Of a stretch of 64,000 nt of DNA, positions 58,967 to 64,000 are shown in pieces. The DNA is taken from the NCBI GenBank assembly GCA_964596525.1, contig CAZQUL010000002.1, positions 9,444 through 73,443 on the forward strand. The letters run 5' to 3'. Each line of letters begins with the position of its first letter. The stretch's first letter is position 1. The notes below the pieces were generated by a model, which saw only the letters and a list, made by a program, of their open reading frames with translations, was not told where the DNA came from and did no database searches. Position numbers and translations under genes: made by a program. The stretch is from an uncultured Gammaproteobacteria bacterium (GTDB lineage Bacteria; Patescibacteriota; Patescibacteriia; Magasanikbacterales; GWA2-37-8).

Positions 58967-59566
58967 TTATCCACCCAACCGTTCGAGCGTACCCTTAAAA
59001 AGGATGGTGCGCTCGTACCGGTCGTCGACCCGGCGAACAAAGCAATCAGTCGCGTTCTCGGGAGAAAGCAGGCGCTCGGGCAGGTCTGAGACGGGAAATT
59101 CCGGATGAGCGTCTTCGAATGTGCGACAAAGCGGTAGTGCCGCCGCACTACGGCGAAAGAGAGCGATTTCGTAGGTGGCAAGCGATAGGGGTTGCCCCTT
59201 TTCGTTGGTAAAAACCTCGCGATAGACGCACTCTGTGCTGCGCGGCTCAGGGCACTCCCGTACGTAATCGAAAACCGCCGTGGCGGGAATGCAGTAGAAA
59301 TAATCAAGAGTCCCCGCACCTTCATCAGTTTCTTCTGCCTGCCAAATCGGCTTAAAACCAGGCTTGCAGCTCAGATTCACCGCGGTATGGATGCCGTCAT
59401 TCTTCTTTTTGTAGCGTGCCACGAAACTGACCGTGGTCAGCTCTCCATGTGGTCGCACTGCAGCCACCGGATCTGGGATGTCAGACTTTTTCTTCTTTTT
59501 TCCTTCTGAAAACACGGGGAAAAGGGTGAGAAGCGCCAGAGCGCAGAGCGCCGCAAAGTTACGCAT
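58967..59566 (-). CDS. Hypothetical secreted Cys-containing protein
   Basis: AAGGAGG SD; signal peptide MRNFAALCALALLTLFPVFSEG. Confidence 0.7.
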   Translation of the reverse strand: MRNFAALCALALLTLFPVFSEGKKKKKSDIPDPVAAVRPHGELTTVSFVARYKKKNDGIHTAVNLSCKPGFKPIWQAEETDEGAGTLDYFYCIPATAVFDYVRECPEPRSTECVYREVFTNEKGQPLSLATYEIALFRRSAAALPLCRTFEDAHPEFPVSDLPERLLSPENATDCFVRRVDDRYERTILFKGTLERLGG

Positions 59567-59692
59567 GAGGCTTTCCTCCTTAATATAGAGTAAGGTTCTA
59601 AGGGCACTGTACTGTGGGAATGGAGAGTGGTCAACATAAAAAAGCTTAACAAGTACCAAAAAACAGTGCATAACCTGTTAATAAACGTACGC

Positions 59693-59890
59693 TTGACACA
59701 CAGATAAAATAATGATAATATTTTTTGTTACTTGAATGCATGATCTGTCATTGGTTGCAGGTTTAGGTCTCTAACCACCGACAGATCATGATTGCAGCTC
59801 ATTACAACCCAAGCTAAGCAACCATGACCTGCGTGACGCGCGAGTGCGCGGCACATGCCTTGCGTTTGAAACTTTTTGGAGGGATTCACC
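59693..59890 (+). promoter_or_regulatory. Promoter and approximately 165-nt structured 5' leader
   Basis: TTGACA-17-TAATAT; CATGATCTGTC (59739-59749)/GACAGATCATG (59780-59790) stem. Confidence 0.65.
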
Positions 59891-61540
59891 ATGACGACCA
59901 ACCTTGTTTCTTCGACGACGGCTACCGCTTCGAACCGCCTGCCCGCGATCCGCAAGCTGAACCTCGAGGGGCTGACCAAGTCCGCCACCGCGCTGTCCGA
60001 GGAGGACAAGGGGCGGCAGCGGGTGGCTCTCTGCCAGAAGGCCCAGGAGATCAAGTCTGAGCTCGAAGGGCTCACCAAGCCCTATGACGGCCTCGCCGAG
60101 ATCGAGGAGCAGGAGAACGAGGCCAACACGGCCTACCTGAAGCTCGACGGCGAGCTCAAGGGGCTCGACCCGGACATCGACTCGGTGCAGATCGCCAAGA
60201 TCACGACCGCGATGCAGGAGATCGACGCGCACCGCGAGCAGATCGCCCAGGCCAAGAAGGAGCTCACGGACGCCCGCGACAAGGTCGCAGCCAAGGAGCA
60301 TGAGCTCCGGCAGCGGCTCGAGAAGATCGTCGCCCGCGCCCGCGAGCTCGGCGTGGCGGAAGGGATGCTGTTCTACACACCCCCGACGCCCGCCAAGCCC
60401 GCAGCGCAGCCGCCGAAGAAGACGGGGCAGAGGAAGCCGCAGACGACGAAGTACATGTCTGACGCCAAGGAGTACCTCGAGCAGAACCTGCGCGAGGCGC
60501 TCGAGGCCACCTGGACGACGGCCGACGGATCGACCGTCGACGTGATGACCGCGTTCAACACCGCGGTGCCCGAGTTCTCCGACATTCCCACCTGGCCTGC
60601 GTTCAAGGAGATGCTCGGGAAGATCATCATGAACTTCTCCGAGGCCTGCATCTTCCTCGACAGCACGGGCTACTCCGACGTCGCGCCCGAGCTCTCCGGC
60701 AAGAATCGGGGTGGTATCTTCACCACCTCGGTGACGATCAGGAACTGGATCGAGACCCGCAAGAAGCGCGCGCAGGAAGCCGCGGCTTCGGGGACGGCGC
60801 AGCCGACCCCGGCCACGACCCCCAAGGAGCTCGACCTGAAGGATAAGCTGAAGATGCTCGTCGACGCCTTCGCGCACACCACGCTCACGATCAGCGGCGC
60901 GCCGGTCCTGGGCAAGGATACCCGCCACGAGCGCGTCAAAGGGCCCATGACGGAGATCAACGATCCGCTCAACTTCCTCGCCTCTCTCAGGGCGGCGAAG
61001 AAGGACGAGAAGTCGGCCGACCCGTGGGCAATCGACAGCCTGAAGAACTGGACGAAGCAGCACCAGACCGAGGCTGCACTCATGAGCCTTGCCGCCACGC
61101 TCCAGAACATCGGGGTCAAGCTGCCCGAGAGCGCGGTCCAGGGACTCACCCTGCCCGAGGTCGTCGAGCTCCCGCTCGGCCCGAAGAAGGAAGAGCAGCA
61201 GAAGGCGGTGGAGGTCAAGTTCGTCGATACCATCACCAAGGACAGAACGCATTTCCATCTGGTCATGGGCAAGACCAAGTACCGGATCAAGGTGGAGGGG
61301 ATCCCGGGCTTCCTCAACGAGGAAGAGGTCCTCGCGCGCGGCTGGACCGAGCAGAACCTGGCCGACGCCAAGTTCCGCAAGGAGAACGGAATCACGCTCG
61401 AGCAGCACGGCAGCACGGTGGAGAAGATCGAGAAGAACCCCGCGCCGGCCAGCAACAAGCCGCAGCAGGAGGGCAAGAAGAAGGGCGGTGGCAAGAAGAA
61501 GGGCGGCGCGGAGCAGGGCAACAAGAAGAAGGGCCAGTAG
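59891..61540 (+). CDS. Hypothetical protein with coiled-coil N-terminus and Lys/Gly-rich tail; extreme G/C third-position codon bias
   Basis: GGAGGG SD; 549 aa; codons nearly all end in G/C, unlike flanking genes. Confidence 0.85.
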   Translation: MTTNLVSSTTATASNRLPAIRKLNLEGLTKSATALSEEDKGRQRVALCQKAQEIKSELEGLTKPYDGLAEIEEQENEANTAYLKLDGELKGLDPDIDSVQIAKITTAMQEIDAHREQIAQAKKELTDARDKVAAKEHELRQRLEKIVARARELGVAEGMLFYTPPTPAKPAAQPPKKTGQRKPQTTKYMSDAKEYLEQNLREALEATWTTADGSTVDVMTAFNTAVPEFSDIPTWPAFKEMLGKIIMNFSEACIFLDSTGYSDVAPELSGKNRGGIFTTSVTIRNWIETRKKRAQEAAASGTAQPTPATTPKELDLKDKLKMLVDAFAHTTLTISGAPVLGKDTRHERVKGPMTEINDPLNFLASLRAAKKDEKSADPWAIDSLKNWTKQHQTEAALMSLAATLQNIGVKLPESAVQGLTLPEVVELPLGPKKEEQQKAVEVKFVDTITKDRTHFHLVMGKTKYRIKVEGIPGFLNEEEVLARGWTEQNLADAKFRKENGITLEQHGSTVEKIEKNPAPASNKPQQEGKKKGGGKKKGGAEQGNKKKGQ

Positions 61541-61619
61541 CCCCCACCAACCCCCACCACCCTTCGCAAGGAGGGTGTGCCTTGAACCTTAAAGAGCTTT
61601 GCTTAGCTTGAGTCCCCCA

Positions 61620-61668
61620 GAGCCCTGTCAGCGACGATGCGTCGGCGTTGACAGGGCTTCTTTTTTTA
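61620..61668 (+). terminator. Intrinsic terminator
   Basis: AGCCCTGTCA...TGACAGGGCT followed by a T-run. Confidence 0.85.
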
Positions 61669-61762
61669 TAAAAATACTCATTTTGGCGTTCCGACACCCA
61701 AAGAACTTGATCTTTTAGGTGAGTTTGGCTATAGTAAGCCGGATTTAGAAAGGAGCACCGGC

Positions 61763-62419
61763 ATGACCCCCGAACAGGAAAAGATCCAGATCCGAGCGGA
61801 TATCGAGCAAATCAGGGAAGAAATTTCTACATCACAAGCCCGTGCGGACCAGAAAAAAATTGCCAAGCTGGAACGCCGTCTCGCCACCAAAGAGGCCCGA
61901 TTGAAGGAATTGGATGCATTACCCGCTGCATCACCAGCAGCAGTCGCCTCTTCAACCGCAGCAGCATCTGCCACCGCGGAACGGCCAAAAGTTATCAAAG
62001 AAGAGAGTGTTTCTGCAAGGCCACCTGCCAACCGCTCCTTGGTCGAAGACCGATTCCACGCCGTGATGGCTGCGCAGCAAGAAGCTGCACCGCTTCCGGC
62101 CACAAAAAAGAATGTGGCGCCAGTTTCTCGCGCGACACCAACATCCTTGCCGCCTACATCCACATCCACCAACTACCCGGCAGTGACTGCCCTTAAGGCA
62201 CCGCCCCTACAGCCGACTATCAAAAAATGCCGCTTTCGCTTGCACATGCATTCAAGCGATATGTGCGGCAAAGATGTTGTCCGCCTCTCTGATGGAATTG
62301 AAACGGATTACTGCGCGGACCACACCAAAAAATGTCCGCAGTGCCGTACGACCCTGATCCGAATCAACGAGCTTAAGTGCCGAACGTGCTTTCGCCAGGA
62401 GCGCGGCGAACGGATCTAG
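61763..62419 (+). CDS. Hypothetical protein: coiled coil, low-complexity linker, Cys/His-rich putative zinc-binding C-terminus
   Basis: AAGGAG SD; TTGATC-17-TATAGT promoter; C..C..CxxH..CxxC..CxxC. Confidence 0.7.
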   Translation: MTPEQEKIQIRADIEQIREEISTSQARADQKKIAKLERRLATKEARLKELDALPAASPAAVASSTAAASATAERPKVIKEESVSARPPANRSLVEDRFHAVMAAQQEAAPLPATKKNVAPVSRATPTSLPPTSTSTNYPAVTALKAPPLQPTIKKCRFRLHMHSSDMCGKDVVRLSDGIETDYCADHTKKCPQCRTTLIRINELKCRTCFRQERGERI

Positions 62420-62551
62420 GAACAATGGCATCTTATACACACATATCTTGACCCGCCAGCCGCGGGTCTTTTCTTGCCAAAAAAATATCCGTATGTTATA
62501 TATATGCAGCGCAGTTTGTAGGAGCGTTTAAGAGAACACCGAGGTACACCC

Positions 62552-63007
62552 ATGTCCCTATCACCCACTCTTGACTCCAGAGGAAGAACCGAAGACAAGA
62601 GCTTGGTAGCCAGACGCCGGCTACTCGACAGAATGTTATCCAACATTCAACGCAGTAGCGAGTTCATGAACGGGTGGAGCGATCTGCAACACACCCACGA
62701 GCTCTACCGCCTCGTAGAACATCTGCGGCGCGTCTGCCGCACCGTGTCGAAAAAGGATCCGCTCCGGCAAAAACTCGCCGAGCGTGAACGCGAGCTAGGG
62801 AATAAAATGGCGCTTTTAAGCAAACGCACCAAACTCCTCCTTACCGGTCTGCAAGTTTTAGAGCAGCGCCGGCTCATCGAAGAGCAATTAGTGGCGCAAA
62901 AAATCGCCGACTACAGTCCGCTGCCCGAACCGGAAATCACACCTCAAGCATCCGAAACCGACCGCTACAGGCGGCTACCGCTCCTTTTTTTACCGGACAA
63001 TCTGTAG
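62552..63007 (+). CDS. Hypothetical helical protein
   Basis: 151-aa ORF with GAGGT SD. Confidence 0.6.
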   Translation: MSLSPTLDSRGRTEDKSLVARRRLLDRMLSNIQRSSEFMNGWSDLQHTHELYRLVEHLRRVCRTVSKKDPLRQKLAERERELGNKMALLSKRTKLLLTGLQVLEQRRLIEEQLVAQKIADYSPLPEPEITPQASETDRYRRLPLLFLPDNL

Positions 63008-63090
63008 CAAAAGCCAAGCCTTCGGAGGGGATTTTAGCGTGCCGAAGGTTTTTTATTTCTTTTCTAAACACGGCATCCGGGGTACAATAG

Positions 63091-64000
63091 ATGCCTATGA
63101 TTTTCATGTCGCGCCACTTGAAAACCGCGTTCATCACTCTGTTTATTGCAGCAGGCGCTTTGATAGTTCCGGGCAATGCCGCCTCCGCTAGCACGCTCAA
63201 CGCTGGATTCATCGACACGCTCGAGATTTCTCCAGCGATACCGCGTGAAGGGGAGCATGCCCGTGTATACGGGCGTTTACGCAACACTTCAGACAAAGAC
63301 CTCACCGGCACGGTGCAACTTTTGGAAAATAAGAATCCTCGCCAGCAAAAAACCGTCGCTATTGCCCACGGCGATGATATTACCGTTTGGTTCGATATCA
63401 CCATCCCCTCTTCGCCCCTAACCGTCACATTGGAATTCGTCAACGGTAAAACCAGTATTTCTGGCGAGCCGAGCGCTAGTATTTATCTTGCGTTTGCAAC
63501 CTCCTCCGCACTTACCATCACCCACGCAGGCGCTGCACCAAGCCCACCACCCTCATCTTCGCCGAACTCTTTACCTCTACCTTCTACCACCTCTTCCACC
63601 TCGAGCACCCGCACCTGGGGCGAAATTCTAGGCATTTCTTCGTCAAGCCCAGCCACAACAAGTACAACCGCGAGCTCAACGCTTCTTGCAACCGTGATGG
63701 AAAAAACCAAAACCGTTATCGACGGCGTAAGTGAAACCATCATCCCTCTCGTTGAACGTGAAAAGGAAAAGAACAAAGAGCAGCAAGCTTCTTCCACACC
63801 ACTCCCTCTTCTGGAAAAAGCTGCGCAAAAGCTGGAAGAGAAAAATTCCTTTCTGCGCATTCCGCGCGACGAACTGCCTAGCATCCAAGACCTGAAGGCT
63901 TGGGGGTATGCGATTCTTTTGTTCGCGCTCAAAACCTGGTGGGTCATGTTGATCATCTACCTTCTCCTCTTCCGTTCGCTCTATATACTCTGGCGCCGCG
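63091..64000 (+). CDS. Partial CDS: signal peptide, CARDB/Ig-like domain, Ser/Thr/Pro linker, C-terminal TM
   Basis: Open frame MPMIFMSRHLKTAFITLFIAAGALIVPGNAASA...PREGEHARVYGRLRN... reaching the window end. Confidence 0.7.
   Translation, partial: MPMIFMSRHLKTAFITLFIAAGALIVPGNAASASTLNAGFIDTLEISPAIPREGEHARVYGRLRNTSDKDLTGTVQLLENKNPRQQKTVAIAHGDDITVWFDITIPSSPLTVTLEFVNGKTSISGEPSASIYLAFATSSALTITHAGAAPSPPPSSSPNSLPLPSTTSSTSSTRTWGEILGISSSSPATTSTTASSTLLATVMEKTKTVIDGVSETIIPLVEREKEKNKEQQASSTPLPLLEKAAQKLEEKNSFLRIPRDELPSIQDLKAWGYAILLFALKTWWVMLIIYLLLFRSLYILWRR

Noticed and set aside
59786-61408. 540-aa antisense ORF, plus overlapping alternative-frame ORFs
   Set aside because: Shadow of the strongly GC3-biased plus-strand gene, which has the promoter, SD and terminator; the antisense product has a typical shadow composition.
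61708-61735. GATCTTTTAGG as another boxA-like site
   Set aside because: It overlaps the -35 box and spacer of a TTGATC-17-TATAGT promoter, so it would not be in that transcript.

Overview
This is an ordinary-looking chromosomal segment from a reduced-genome bacterium, most consistent with Patescibacteria/CPR (Parcubacteria-like). That assignment is inferred from the short AspRS, ThrRS, TruB and EF-Ts forms, a DUF4012-type protein, the absence of biosynthetic operons, and TGA used as a stop. The backbone is housekeeping genes: scpB, scpA, aspS, gap, trmD, khpA, rpsP, smc, DHH phosphoesterase, clpP, truB, gyrB, secE-nusG-rplK, queA, mltG, rluD-type synthase, gmk, rplS, miaA, rpsB-tsf, thrS and a PilB/GspE ATPase. 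About 25 orphan genes are interspersed. I saw no CRISPR array, integrase, transposase or rRNA. Main unusual signals: (1) core genes lack Shine-Dalgarno (SD) sites, whereas about 20 dispersed orphan or accessory genes carry SD motifs, many of them strong. (2) One such gene (59891-61540) is enclosed by nested long-range complementarity between its 5' and 3' UTRs. (3) A compact T-box riboswitch with a Thr specifier precedes thrS. (4) A tRNA with a UAU anticodon is preceded by a palindrome-disrupted pseudo-copy. (5) Two REP-like palindromes have cores inverted relative to each other. (6) Four tandem genes share an unrecognised helical domain. All calls were made by eye, without database searches.
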